Of a stretch of DNA of 64,000 bases, positions 12,701-23,889 are shown one piece after another (position 1 is the stretch's first letter; each line of letters opens with the position of its first letter). The notes beneath the pieces were generated by a model, which ran no database searches, had not been told where the DNA came from, and saw only the letters and a list, made by a program, of their open reading frames with translations. The translations under genes and the position numbers were made by a program. The DNA lies in NCBI GenBank assembly GCA_002269645.1, contig NIVC01001903.1, forward strand, positions 1 to 64,000. The letters run 5' to 3'. The DNA is from Macrostomum lignano. Taxonomy: Eukaryota.

Positions 12701-15070
12701 TGGCGTGGTCCTTGCCTTTGCGGTGGTTGAGCTGGAAGCGGAACTCGCTTAGGCGCTCGATCCAGCGGCCTAAAATACCTGTGGCCTGAGTTTGGTTCAG
12801 TAACCACAGTAAGGCCCGATGATCGGATCGAACTTCAAACTTCTTGCCGATTAAGTAATGACGGAAATGTCGCATAGCGTCCACAATTGCAAGCAGCTCT
12901 TTCTTCGTGACCGTGTAGCGCTTCTCAGGATCGCGAAGTTTACGGCTAAAGAATGCAATTGGACGTTCGACGCCGTCGGATTGCAGTTGTCCAAGACAAG
13001 CGCCTATTCGAATATCAGAGGCATCCGTGTCGAGGACAAACTTCACAGCAGGATCAGAATTAAATTCAGGCAGAGCGAGAACTTCAGTAGAACACAATTT
13101 CTTCTTCAAAGTGTCGAACGCTACCTGATGCTCGGGAGTCCAATGCTGCCGTAGGCTGCCAATGTCCTTTCGCGTCAGGGCATGCAGCGGCGCAGCCACT
13201 CCAGCGTAGCCGTCGACAAACTTGTGGTAGTAATTGGCGAGGCCTAGGAATTGTCTCAGTTGAGTAACGGACTGTGGCACGGGCCAATCACGGATCTGCG
13301 CAATCTTGTCCTCACAGGTCTTCAGGCCGTCGGGAGTCACGACGTGACCTAAATAATGCAGCTCTTTGAGGAACAAATGACACTTCTTCGGTTTCACTTT
13401 GAGGTTGGCTGCGATGATGCGCTGAAGTACAGTTCGCAAGTTATCCAGCTGTTCCTCGAAAGTCACTGAGTGCACCACGATGTCGTCCATGTAGCCAAGC
13501 GCAGTCTTTGGCGTCAGCCGTCCAGGAGCTTATTGATGCAACGCTGAAAGCTGCCAGGACTGTCGTGGAGACCCATCGGTAGAACGTTGAAACAGAATTG
13601 GCCGCGGTCGATTACTGAGAATGCCGTCAAGTGCTGGTCGCAGTCGCGCAGCGGGATCTGCCAGAATCCTTGAGCAAGGTCCAAGCTAGAATACCACTGA
13701 GCACCACGAAGCTTCGCGAAGGTTTCCTGGATGTGCGGGAGCGGATACGGGTGATACACACACCTGTCGTTGAGAGCTCTGAAGTCGTGGACTAGTCGGA
13801 TGTTGCCGTCCTTCTTGGGCACGATGAGCATTGGCGAATTGTAGCTCGAGTAGGCAGGGCGAATGATGTGCTTCGCCAGCATCTCGTCTAGCAGGGCGTC
13901 GAGTTTGTCCTTCAGATGAGGCGGGATTCGGCGCGGTGGTAGCGCGACTGGTGTCCGGTCCTTCAAGATGATCTCGTGGGTCACCAGGTGAGTCAGGCCG
14001 GCGTCTAGCGAGTGCTTGGAGAAGGCCGCTTGACATTCGACTAGTAGATCTCGCACTCTTTGATGTTGTTCTTTGGACAATTCGCTGTTGATCTCGACTT
14101 CATCTAGCCATGCTGTGCTGGACTCTTCAGAGTTCTTCGGGAGGTGCCGCACTTCAGGTTCGGGCGTCTCGCTCAAGTACATCAGGTCGGCAGTTCGGAG
14201 TGGCGTCGCAACACCAACACGGATACCGGCTTGCAGGAACACCTCGCTGTCGGCGGTGTTGACGACCTCAATGTAGCCGCGACCTTCAGGCATCGTCATC
14301 AGAGCAGGCGCTGCTTCCAGAGCGTTGCAGCTGGGATGCAGCCTCGACTTAACCAGCTCGACAATTGATGGCGATCCTCGATTCTCAGGGTGGCCGTCAT
14401 CCAGTCTGACGGCAAGCAGCGCTGAACTTCTAGGCGGCAGGGTGCACTTCTCAGAGGTGTACACTCGGCAGTTCTGAAGCTCACGCCGCGAATAACGAAC
14501 AGGGATGCACGTGCCATTGTTGAACGTTAGCATTCCTTGAGCGAAGTCCAAGTTCTGGCAGTGCTCTCGCATAAACGATACGCCAAGCAAATTTTCACAA
14601 TCGGAGACCGTAACGAGGAATTCGGTGTCCGCGACGACATCACCGAACTCCACCGGTATGGTCACCTTACAAGCAAGCGGGAGCTGCGTCCCGTCATACA
14701 TAGTTACGCAATCGGGAATAGCATGCGATATAATACAACGAGGCATCCGGCGTCTAATAGCGGCCCAGGTTGACGAACCGAGGAAGTTTTTCCGGCTGCC
14801 GCTGTCTAGCAAGAAAGGGACCTCTCGACTCGCCACTCGACCTGTGACGTACGGATCGGCCTCACGCGCATGGATTTTTTGATTCGGGGAGGTGTCCACG
14901 AAACCTCCGCACTCAGCGTCGCTTACTGACGAGCGACTGTCGGACTGGGCATTGGCGCCTGCGCAGCCGACATCCTCTTCTTCTCGCGACCGTTCTGAAT
15001 CTGCCAAGTAGCCTGGGCTTGGACCTCGCGGAGGGCGGTGCCGTTGTCGCTCTCCGCCTGGCCGTTTCCC
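9798..15070 (-). CDS. pol: Pol (copy 2): protease, RT, RNase H, long linker, integrase; broken by a few 1-nt frameshifts
   Basis: LLDSGS (PR), YMDD (RT), DTDAS...E...SDH (RH), H-x6-H...C-x2-C and DDE core (IN), C-terminal RPARNRRQPERL motif. Spread over ORFs 13514-15091, 12312-13490, 11476-12351, 9932-11413 and 9798-10172. Confidence 0.9.
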
Positions 15071-16098
15071 TGGTTTTGGCGCATCGGGCACTGGGTGTTG
15101 CGATGACCGGGCTGTCCGCAGCTATAGCAGATTATAGCTCTCTTTGGCGGGCTGGCTACCTGCTGTTGGTCACGCTGCACCAGGTGATCCAGCATTCGCT
15201 GCTGCTTCTCGATCAAGTCGGTTAGAGTCAGCAAGGCTTGGGCGGTGACGTCGGGTTTCGGGTCGCCGTCCTCCTCCCCGTCCAACATCCTAACCGGGGG
15301 TTGAGCAGATCGGTGCGCCAATTCTTTGGCGCCTTCTAGTCGTCGTAGCTCTCGAATCGCAGCAAGAAGATTGTTCGGGCGAACCCAGTACAGCCGTTCG
15401 CGCAGATCTGGAGTCGTCCGGATACCAGCAAGAAATTGATCAGTAATCTCCTTCTCGCGGTCTTCAGGATGCATTCGAGGATATGCACGTTCACCCAGAG
15501 TTCTCAGGGCGTCAGCAAACTCTTCTGCTGACTCATTCTTGCCTTGTTGACGACGTCGCAACAGTTCTCGATACTCATCAGCACCACCATGACGGGCAAA
15601 TCGCTCAATCAGACGTTGCTTGACCTCCTCGTAGCTGGCGAAACGCGGAAGATTCATACCAAGCAAGGCTGGATACGCAGTAGCCAAATCGAGACTCGCG
15701 ATGAGGTGTTGCTTCATCTCGAACGGGTCGACGATGCGCTCCATCTCGCAACGCTGCTCGAACGCGGCAAGCCAGACATGAATGTCCTGATTTGGAGTAA
15801 ACTTCACAATTTTAACTTGTTTACTCACGGGCCGCTCCATCTGCTGCTGCAGAGCTGCCATCATGGTCCTGACGTCTTGGTGCGTGATGTTCCGGCCAAT
15901 GTTGTCCAGGCCTTGCAGAAGCTCGTCTGGCGGGTCGTCGGACACGTCGCTTCTCGCACCTTGCCTCGGCGTTGGCTGCTGACCAAAGTCGTTGACCGCT
16001 GCCGCGGCTGCGGCGGCTTCTGCGGCCGCAGGCCTCGAACTGCTGATGTGCTGATCCAGCCGGCTGCTGCACCGGCTCTCGTCTCGCTCGTTGAACAT
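14923..16098 (-). CDS. gag: Gag (copy 2), 391 aa, with C-terminal CCHC zinc knuckle
   Basis: ORF track; CYSCGQPGHRNTQC knuckle; position directly after the PBS. Confidence 0.9.
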   Translation of the reverse strand: MFNERDESRCSSRLDQHISSSRPAAAEAAAAAAAVNDFGQQPTPRQGARSDVSDDPPDELLQGLDNIGRNITHQDVRTMMAALQQQMERPVSKQVKIVKFTPNQDIHVWLAAFEQRCEMERIVDPFEMKQHLIASLDLATAYPALLGMNLPRFASYEEVKQRLIERFARHGGADEYRELLRRRQQGKNESAEEFADALRTLGERAYPRMHPEDREKEITDQFLAGIRTTPDLRERLYWVRPNNLLAAIRELRRLEGAKELAHRSAQPPVRMLDGEEDGDPKPDVTAQALLTLTDLIEKQQRMLDHLVQRDQQQVASPPKRAIICYSCGQPGHRNTQCPMRQNQGNGQAESDNGTALREVQAQATWQIQNGREKKRMSAAQAPMPSPTVARQ

Positions 16099-16170
16099 GT
16101 TGACTTGTCGTAGTCGCTGGCCGATGTCGTTCTCGAAAGAGCGGTTGCCTTGGGTGTGTCGTAGTCGGAT

Positions 16171-16188
16171 CTCACCGCTGCGTCACCA
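16171..16188 (-). promoter_or_regulatory. Primer-binding site, degenerate tRNA-Leu type (TGGTGACGCAGCGGTGAG); same at 8258-8275
   Basis: Begins TGG 1 nt after the LTR end; resembles the complement of the tRNA-Leu 3' end (TGGTGGCAGCGGTGGGATT) with a 2-nt-longer, mismatched segment after TGGTG. Confidence 0.75.
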
Positions 16189-16189
16189 G

Positions 16190-17181
16190 TGAAGTACACG
16201 CTGTTTGCTTCCCGTATTAGGCCCTTGCGGATTACCTTAAACCTCGAGCCTCTTCAGTGGGAAGTCCTTTCAGCGCGCAGTAGCGTAGGTAGTGCTGCCA
16301 CCAGTTCCTTCAGGTCTCGGCCTTCGATGAGGTGAGCTTCCCGTCGGAACGAAATAAACAAGTCAACGAACTCAGCACAGCGTGCAGATTTGCAGATTAA
16401 TGAACAAGGCGTCCTGATCAGCAGATCCCCGCCGGGCTCAGGGGTGACTGGGAAGGCAGTGTTAGCCTCCCTTAGGCTTGGGCTTTAGTGGGGTCTCAGT
16501 CAGACCAGTACAAACGGATTCAGTACGCAAAGGGCACTTAGTTAGACACTGACGCACACGGGTTCTTAGTGAATTCTCCGCAGATAAGAAGCCTTTCCTT
16601 GACGGAAACAAGGGGAGAGGGGTCCTATTTATAGCCGGGAAACACCCACGCACAAGACCTCGTGACTTGTTCTATTTTTAGAACTGACGTCACTTGAGGT
16701 CTCGGGGCAGGGTCTCAGTGCGCGCAAGACCTCGTGACTCGTTCTATTTTTAGAACTGACGTCACTTAAGGTCTCCGGCCAGAGTACACGCGGCTGTGAC
16801 TCAGTTGCTATTTTTAGCAACATGAGTCACTCCTCTCCTTAGAGAAGGGAGGGGTCCGAAAGCACGTGATTCTCCCGGTAAACAGGGCCAACGAGTGCAG
16901 TAAACATGTTTACTGCACTTTAGGACTCGAAGAACGCAGAGTCTGTCATGTGACTTGCTCACATGACAGAGGAAAACGGGACGGGAACGAAACAGAGACA
17001 GCCCACAGCAGAGAAGCTGAGGGCTGAGAACAGAGACGCAGAAGGGCAGAACAGGCCAAGGGCAGCAACAGACGGGCCAAGGGGGCGGGAAGCTGACCAG
17101 CGGCAGACAGCAACCCAGGGCGAGGGCGAGGGAGACTGCTGACAAAGTGGGACGCCTAACACCAACTAGCGGATCACTACA
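16190..17181 (-). repeat. 5' LTR (LTR3, 992 bp)
   Basis: Essentially identical to LTR2; followed by PBS 16171-16188 and gag. Confidence 0.95.
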
Positions 17182-17821
17182 AATATAAAAGCTTTTATAC
17201 TATAGTTTAGATGGTACAGCATGGTATACTAGAAAAAAGACTCTTTTGTAATAATATGGTAAAAAATTAATAAAACAATAAAGGACCTTTTTGCAATTGT
17301 GACAATAAAAAACCATATTTGTAGCTATGAAATTTGAAATAAAATGCTATTGACTTTGCTAAAAACTTTCCTATAAAATTTGGAAAAAGCCAAAATTTGT
17401 AACAATTGTACATAAAAATAAAGTTTTTTTTTCAAATTTCATAGTGCATGTAATTTAAAAGAATAAAATTATTGCAACATGTAATTTTGTATTTATAAAA
17501 GTTTTGAAGTTTTGATGGGTATAAGTTTGTGTGCCAAAAATTTACTTGAGTTGAAAGTGGTATGCCAAAGTGGTTTATGCAAAAACAGTTAAACTATTCA
17601 CTAGTATGTGTAACAGTTGCCTATTATTTTGCCTATTTGCCTAATTTTGTCTATTTTGTCTATTGATTTCACATATAAATATGACTATTTTTCTAAAACT
17701 ACAAGAAATTATCTGTGCGTACATAAATAAATATTTTATATCATTAGTAGTAATTATTAGTTTCGATTAGTGGCCTACCGTATAATCTAGTGCTTTATTA
17801 GTTTAAATGCATCCGCCATTT

Positions 17822-18641
17822 TGTTAGCAAATCCTATATAAGCAAGAAAATATATCGAGAAAGAAAATAACTTCCTGCTTCGTTTGCTGAGACCTCCGCT
17901 AGTCTAGTTATTCAGCGGTTGTAACTGAACATTGTTCTAAAAATAGCTCCGTCTTAGTCATTTAAAGGCGTTCCGCCTTTCTTCTCCTGCGAAGCTTGTA
18001 CAGTTAGAAGTGTTTAAAACTTCTCTCCCCTTCCCCGGGACGTTCGGTCCTACCCCTGAGTTTTGGCTCTTCCCTTTCTCCCAGCGGAACTGGCGCCCGC
18101 CGCTCCTGCCCCTCCCCACTTCTAGTGGACAGTCTGTCTGCTCAGGTGTACAGCCTTATTCCCTCAGACATACAGTCTCCCCCGGCATCCCCGCCCCCAA
18201 CCCTTCCTTGTAGAAATTTCCCACATTCATTAGGCAGATTGCCTTCTTATCTAATGCTGTATTAAATGGTCAGTCTACTCATGTCAGCATTCCCTATTAG
18301 TGTTTAGAAATTCCCCATTAGTGCGATTTTCCCAGGCAACTCTGATCCATCGCGAAGCCCTTAATTCCCTCTCCCATCTATATTCCCCAGACTGAGAATA
18401 GGAAATTGTGTCTTGCCGCTCGGACACACCACGCCACCAGGAGCAACCTACGGCTTACTCCTGTTAGTAGTATAAATTGCGCAGTTCGCCCCAAATCCTG
18501 AGAAACTCCCTAAAATCCCCGGTAAACCCTGTAACAATTTGGTGTCAGCAAAAGGATAAACTCCCCTCCCCCACAACCTCTACGACAACTTGGTAGCTAA
18601 GCAGTGGGATTATTAACCAGAGAAGAAAGAGCCCTACAACA
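17822..18641 (+). mobile_element. LTR remnant of a second Gypsy-like family with two PBS-like modules at its end; left boundary 17822 or 17920
   Basis: TGTTAG (17822) or TGTAAC (17920) ... TGTAACA (18536), followed by TGGTGTCAG (18540) and TGGTAGC..GTGGGATT (18591). MEF2-type CTAAAAATAG at 17937-17946. Confidence 0.55.
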
Positions 18642-19028
18642 TATGCCAGAAATTTCCTGTGTACCAGTAACAGTGGGTAACCTTTAAAGTGTGGCTTTTA
18701 TATTATCACTTTCATACATGCGCAACCTCCAAATTTTGGTCGGCCATGCGACTTAGTTTTAACAAAAATGCGACGTAGTTTTTGGCCAAAAATGCGACTT
18801 ACATGTAAAAAAACCCGAAAGCAAAATTAACGCAACTTTGGGTAAACGGCAGGAGTAACTATGACTATCTTATAAAGCCAAAATGCCTCGTCAGCTACAT
18901 AGTACTACTACTCTGTGTTTTTTCGGGTTGGCATTTTTGCGACTGCCTTGGTTGGCCGCCAAATCGGTCGGCCGGATCGGCCGACTCGGCCGACTGTTGC
19001 GCATGTATGATCACTTTTTATTTAAAGT

Positions 19029-20301
19029 CAGTGTTGGGCACTTCCGTTACCGAGTAACTTGCAAATGGTAACGCAAGTTACTTTTCCGTAAAGCGTTCCT
19101 TACGCAAGTTACTTTCCTATTTTGGTAACGGAGTAACGGTAAGTTACTCAAATTTCGGAAGTCCGTTACAGTTACTTTGCAACAATCGCAATATTTAAAT
19201 TTAAAACTGATATGCTTAGCTATTACTCCAGTTGTCACATTTTTAGCATTTTTCATTCCTAAATTCAAAACTAAGTGAATAATATCATACGGTATTACGC
19301 TGTAATTAATAAAGAAATACTTGAAACATGTTTTTACTTTGTTATTTTCGGTAAAATATTTTTGCTTTTCGTTTTAAGTTAATAAAAATATTTTGTTTAG
19401 TTCTTAGAAACAAACAACCAAAGAAAGAAATTCATCTGTAGTCTCCACAAATCCACTCAGTGATCGACGTAGCCAGGAATTTTAATTTGGGGGGGGCGGG
19501 TTGGCCTGGCTGGCCATGCCTCATGCCATTGCCAATTTTAGCGCCGCAGGCACTCATTTTAGCGCCGCAAGCACTCATTTAAGCGCCGCAAGCACTCATT
19601 TAAGCGCCGCAGGCACTCATTTAAGCGCCGCAGGCACTCAATCGCCTCATGGTTTTTGGTACCCGCCACGCCCAACCCCACCCCCCCCCAGGTGGGGTGT
19701 CTTGCAGGTGGGGTGAAGTTGCCGCCCCAACGATTGTTAAGGCGGCCTCCCTAGCTACACCACTAAAGTCCACTGGCACTGCACTGCACTGCACAATTTA
19801 ATATTAATGATAATAATTGAAAATAAATAAAAAGACTAGTAAAGCAGACTATAGAGTGGAGTAAAGCCAGGTACTTATTACGAGCGATGTATTATCAAGG
19901 ACAACTGAAGTTACGTTAAGTTGTCCTTGTGTATTATAACTTATAATGTTATTAAAAATTAAATTGCGTTTTGCCTTTAACGTTTCTGACCTTCAGCTTC
20001 TTTTCTTTTTACGGAAAGGGCCTAAAGTGATTAAAATTTAATACAGTTACTGAAATTAATGTTGTTGTATTCTTCCTCCTGGCTTTCGCGATCATTTGTG
20101 CTGTTCCAGCGCATTTGCAATGTTAAAAAAGCAGAAAATTTTGTTAATAACATAGGTAACGGAAGTAAGTAACGGAAGTAACTTAAAAGTTACCGGGTTT
20201 TTGTATAAAGTTACTAGGCTAACGTAAGTTACTTTTTATAAAGTGGTAACTTAAGTTACAGTAACGCAAGTTACTTTTTTTGAGTAACTTGCCCAACACT
20301 G
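19029..20301. mobile_element. Non-autonomous hAT DNA transposon (1273 bp)
   Basis: TIR CAGTGTTGGGCA / TGCCCAACACTG, perfect 8-bp TSD TTTAAAGT (19021-19028, 20302-20309), subterminal GTAAC/GTTAC repeats, no transposase ORF. Confidence 0.9.
19458..19765. mobile_element. Small hAT-like MITE nested in the larger hAT, with about five 23-bp internal repeats
   Basis: Imperfect TIRs (CAGTG..CGTAGCCAG / CTAGCTACACCACTA), imperfect 8-bp TSD aatccact/agtccact, repeat ttaagcgccgcaggcactcat. Confidence 0.55.
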
Positions 20302-20711
20302 TTTAAAGTTGATATTATCAAAACTAAAAGCATAAAAAATTATAAGAAGAAAATTTAAACTAAGTTTCAAAAAACCTAGGCCTATTTTCTTAAAGGTTTT
20401 TAGAAAAAAACATTATAAACTTTTTTTGTTACTAATTATACTTTTATTAATAAACATATTTATAAATTAATGAATTAATATACTTATTAATAATAATATT
20501 AATAATATTTAATTCCCTGTCTAGGGTAAAAAAGCACAAAATAAAATTAGAGAAGAGCAAAGAAAGCAAGTGAAAGCTTTTGTTTTTATCCTAAACCACA
20601 AAACTACTGTTTTAAATAGAAATATTAGGTAAAAAAATTATTTTCATCCATAATTCATGGAAGCAATTTAAAGATATCATAACGACATAAGAAAATTGAT
20701 ATCAGAATTAC

Positions 20712-20987
20712 CTCAGAAGGTTCGATGTTATAACACTCTGCAATCTTTGCATAAAGTTCTTTGACGTTTGTAAAGCAACTAATTATTCCTGTGGGGCTTC
20801 CATGAGCCAGTTGACAATGAAAATTATATTGTGGCCTTTGCGACTCTGGGCTTTCATCTGCACTTCCTGGTACTGCACCAGCTTGTTTGTGGGTTGCATT
20901 TGAAGTTTGTGTTGCATCGCGGGAAGGCTGAGCGTGCGTAGGGCTTTCTTTATTGCCATCTTTCTTTTTCTTACCGAAAAGAGGCAT
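20712..20987 (-). CDS. GIPC: GIPC PDZ adaptor, first coding exon (GH1 domain start); downstream exons not in the window
   Basis: MPLFGKKKK...FHCQLAHGSPTGIISCFTNVKELYAKIAECY matches the GIPC GH1 motif; GAG|GTAATT donor at 20711. Confidence 0.88.
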
Positions 20988-21454
20988 TTTGATTCTATAC
21001 GCAGAAAAATTCGTAAAATATGCTTGCTTGCTTGCTTCAATAGTAAAAAACAACCCAGAGAAAACAAGTTAAACTTCAGTCAATCGGCGTGCCTAAAAGG
21101 CGTGGTCATTGACGTATTTGTGGCTATTTTGTAAATTTAGCGGTTTGTTATTTAACTTTCTATTTTTCTTGTACTTTTTATAATAGATTTAAAAGATAAT
21201 AAATAGCATTGTATTTAAACTTTGTTATACATATGTTATACACCGGATCTGTATACCAAATCTGTATGCATAGCAAACAGGGGGTATTCAGTTCGCATAT
21301 AAGATGTACCGGTATATATATATTATATTATATTTATACATATTAAAAATTTATAAAACTATAGTATATCAATCGGTAAATAAGATTTCGGACAGTTTAC
21401 GAAGCTCAAGGACCTTTGAAGTATAGTTACATGTATATACATGTACATTTCTCG

Positions 21455-21746
21455 ACTCTCAATATACTACAAATCTAGCGAGATGTTTGTCTGTTTGCAT
21501 TGTTTGTTGCGTATCTCCTCCCAGACTTCTAGCTATAAAAATTAAAACTCTGTGTGTCTGTCATTGAGGAAAGAATATAGAAATGGAGTGCTAATCTGAG
21601 CCCAGTTATTTTTGTTTCGCTCGATCTTCACTTTAAGAATCCCTCCCCCCGTTCCTTCCCCTACTAGACGTAATAGTACGGGACCATTAAATTGACAATA
21701 TTACAGATTGGTACCGTATGTTAAAACGGCCCTTGACGGGCTACTA
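21455..21746 (+). mobile_element. Possible non-autonomous Helitron-like element
   Basis: 5' TC..ATATACTA..GAGATGTTTGTCTGT block and 3' GCCC-TTGAC-GGGC hairpin followed by CTAA; weak evidence. Confidence 0.3.
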
Positions 21747-22664
21747 AAATTGACAACGTCACAGGAGGTATAAAGTTCTGCGGTTTTCTAAATTTCTAAA
21801 TTAATGCCTAAACTTCAAATATTTAAGACTATCTGTATGCGAGTACGAGAGCTATAGGTGTAGGCACTGTAGGGTTTTCACAAGAGTACATAGAAATGCT
21901 TTGCGGCGTGACTGTCTCCAGGGATTTGTAAAATGTTAGTTAGTGTTTTAGCACCTCAACTGAAAAGTCCTACATCGTCTATTGGTTCTTACGGCGGCTG
22001 TAGTGAGACTTCTTTCTTCTTTACCGAGTGCATTTGCCTTTGTCAACTGAGGAGCGTCTATACTTTCGTACCGAGAGCTGGACAGTCCAAGCGAGAGCAC
22101 TTCAACCGCTAAGTAACTGGGCTTAAACAAGCAAATCGCGATTGCAGCCGGACCTGTTGAATCGATTATATGGACCCAACACTCTATCGATATTAGTCTT
22201 AATTGTTTGCCTAAAGCAAATTTTCCTGCCAACATGCACATCGATAAATGCAGCATTTCTAGCCAAGGGGAAGCTGTGTAGATAGGCTCAATGCTTTTAA
22301 ATGTTTGCAGTGTAAGCTTGAACTGTGAAATAACGAATCGGTTAAAATCAAAGAGTATTGAGGTCGCCTAGTATAGAGTGCCAGTAAGGATGAAAATCTG
22401 AAGCCGATTTCTAGAATCCACCCACCCCCTCCAGTCACCAAGCTTTTTAGTCTATGGCACAAGTTGTGGCTAGAATGGTGTACAAAGCCGATGCTCGGTA
22501 CATAATCACCATAATTCATCATCATAAATTATCAGTACATAATCACAGCTCGTTCACGATAACATGAAAGCAGACAAATTTGCGATAACACGACTTGTGC
22601 AAGGATTTTTGTAGCTTTCATTCAGCAGTTCCTTGATCTGATGCTCTATTTTATGTCCATCAAT

Positions 22665-22990
22665 CTACAGTAAAAACAAGCCGATGATGGCAGCAGTAGC
22701 AACCACTCCGAACAGCGAAATAATCCGCTCAATTGCGCGTGCCGCGACGACTCATGTCCGAATCGTGGTGACGTTGGTGACGTGGTGACGTTACGGTACT
22801 GACGCAGAGCAGTCGGCCCACCAGGCATCGAACAAAGACAGCCCGAGTACATCCCGGCATGCGGCTGCCCTCCAGCCTGAAGTGGAACAGCATGACCAGC
22901 GATGTCAGCAGCAGCGACACGGTGGACAGCACCATGGCGGCCGTGATGAACAGGGCGATGGCAGGCAACTTTTGCCACTTTTGCGACTCT
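22665..22990 (-). pseudogene. 5'-truncated M3-M4 fragment of a fourth Cys-loop receptor paralog, closest to the 25121-26443 gene
   Basis: PAIALFITAAMVLSTVSLLLTSLVMLFHF...RCL is near-identical in DNA to 25420-25505. After a frameshift it reads VVAARAIERIISLFGVVATAAIIGLFLL*. No ECD or M1-M2 upstream. Confidence 0.8.
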
Positions 22991-23889
22991 CTCTCGTCCC
23001 TCTGCCCCGTGCGCATCCACCTCCCCCCGATCTGGTTTTAAGGTCTTCTCGCGTTGTGTTGGCTCGCCTTGTCTGTTTGCGCAGAGCCAATTTTTTATCT
23101 TCTGTGGTTTCTTTTATCTTTATTCATAATGGCGATCGCTTTTCCCTTAAAATTCGTTTTTATTGTCCCAAGTCTACAGGGTTTTATGGGGCTTGCGTGC
23201 CTCGTTCCCCCACATTGGTGTTTGCATCAGGCCGCTTTCGTGCTCCGACCGTGGAATTAAACAGTCGATAAGGAAACGTCATTGTGTGGAAAAGGTGGTA
23301 TTAAGACCAACATGTATGAGCCCAATAATTGCCATCGATTCTTAGAAAAGAGCTATAGGGAACAAGGCGACATGGTATATGCATGTATTGATGGCTGACC
23401 GATGTAAATGTACCCCTACATGTATATAGAAATGAAAACCTCTCCCACAACAAAAGCATGAATTTAATATGCAGTCACTACCGGAACGTTTTTAGTGGGT
23501 GAATCTCTCTTTAGTAAGACTCACAAAGAATTGGGGGCCAACGCGATTCAGACAAAATCTGGCACACGGCTAAATGCACTGCACGAAAATCTCATGGACT
23601 TCGGACTTTGTAGCTCTAAAATGTATTTTTACGAATTTTTTGTAGCTATTCATGTTTTTTCTGGAAAAAATTGATGTAATTATAATTCGCCTGTCTAATA
23701 TTTACATGTTACACATACAATTTGGATCTGTAATTCCTGCTTCTCTGCCCTCAAAAAAACTTTTTTAAGGGATAATTTTTTTAACAGTACGAGTTTAAAT
23801 GGAAGCTTGAATTCTGATTTGATTTCGAATTCTGGCCGATTTCTTTTGCCAGTTCGGAAGGCTCTAAAGTCCCGAAGATTTCGGTAGAC

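Larger units (their letters stand above)
323..17181 (-). mobile_element. Tandem dimer of a Ty3/Gypsy LTR retrotransposon (3 LTRs, 2 internal regions, unit about 7.9 kb)
   Basis: TG...CA termini at 323 and 17181 flanked by 4-bp TSD AATA (319-322, 17182-17185). Two near-identical gag-PR-RT-RH-IN regions; PBS and PPT at each internal junction. Confidence 0.95.

Noticed and set aside
1557-16113. Plus-strand ORFs over the Gypsy dimer (e.g. 2858-3679, 7631-8200, 10667-11320) and an env-like gene
   Set aside because: Antisense shadows of GC-rich gag/pol with no recognisable domain. The 530 bp between the pol stop and the PPT has no env-size ORF.
1-17800. Very AT-rich flanks (1-322, 17182-17800) as NUMT or endogenous virus
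   Set aside because: Only short stop-interrupted frames and no recognisable mitochondrial or viral motif by eye; a tBLASTx search would be needed.
21948-22525. ORFs 21948-22256 and 22259-22525
   Set aside because: Short, alternative-start ORFs with no homology signal or splice support.
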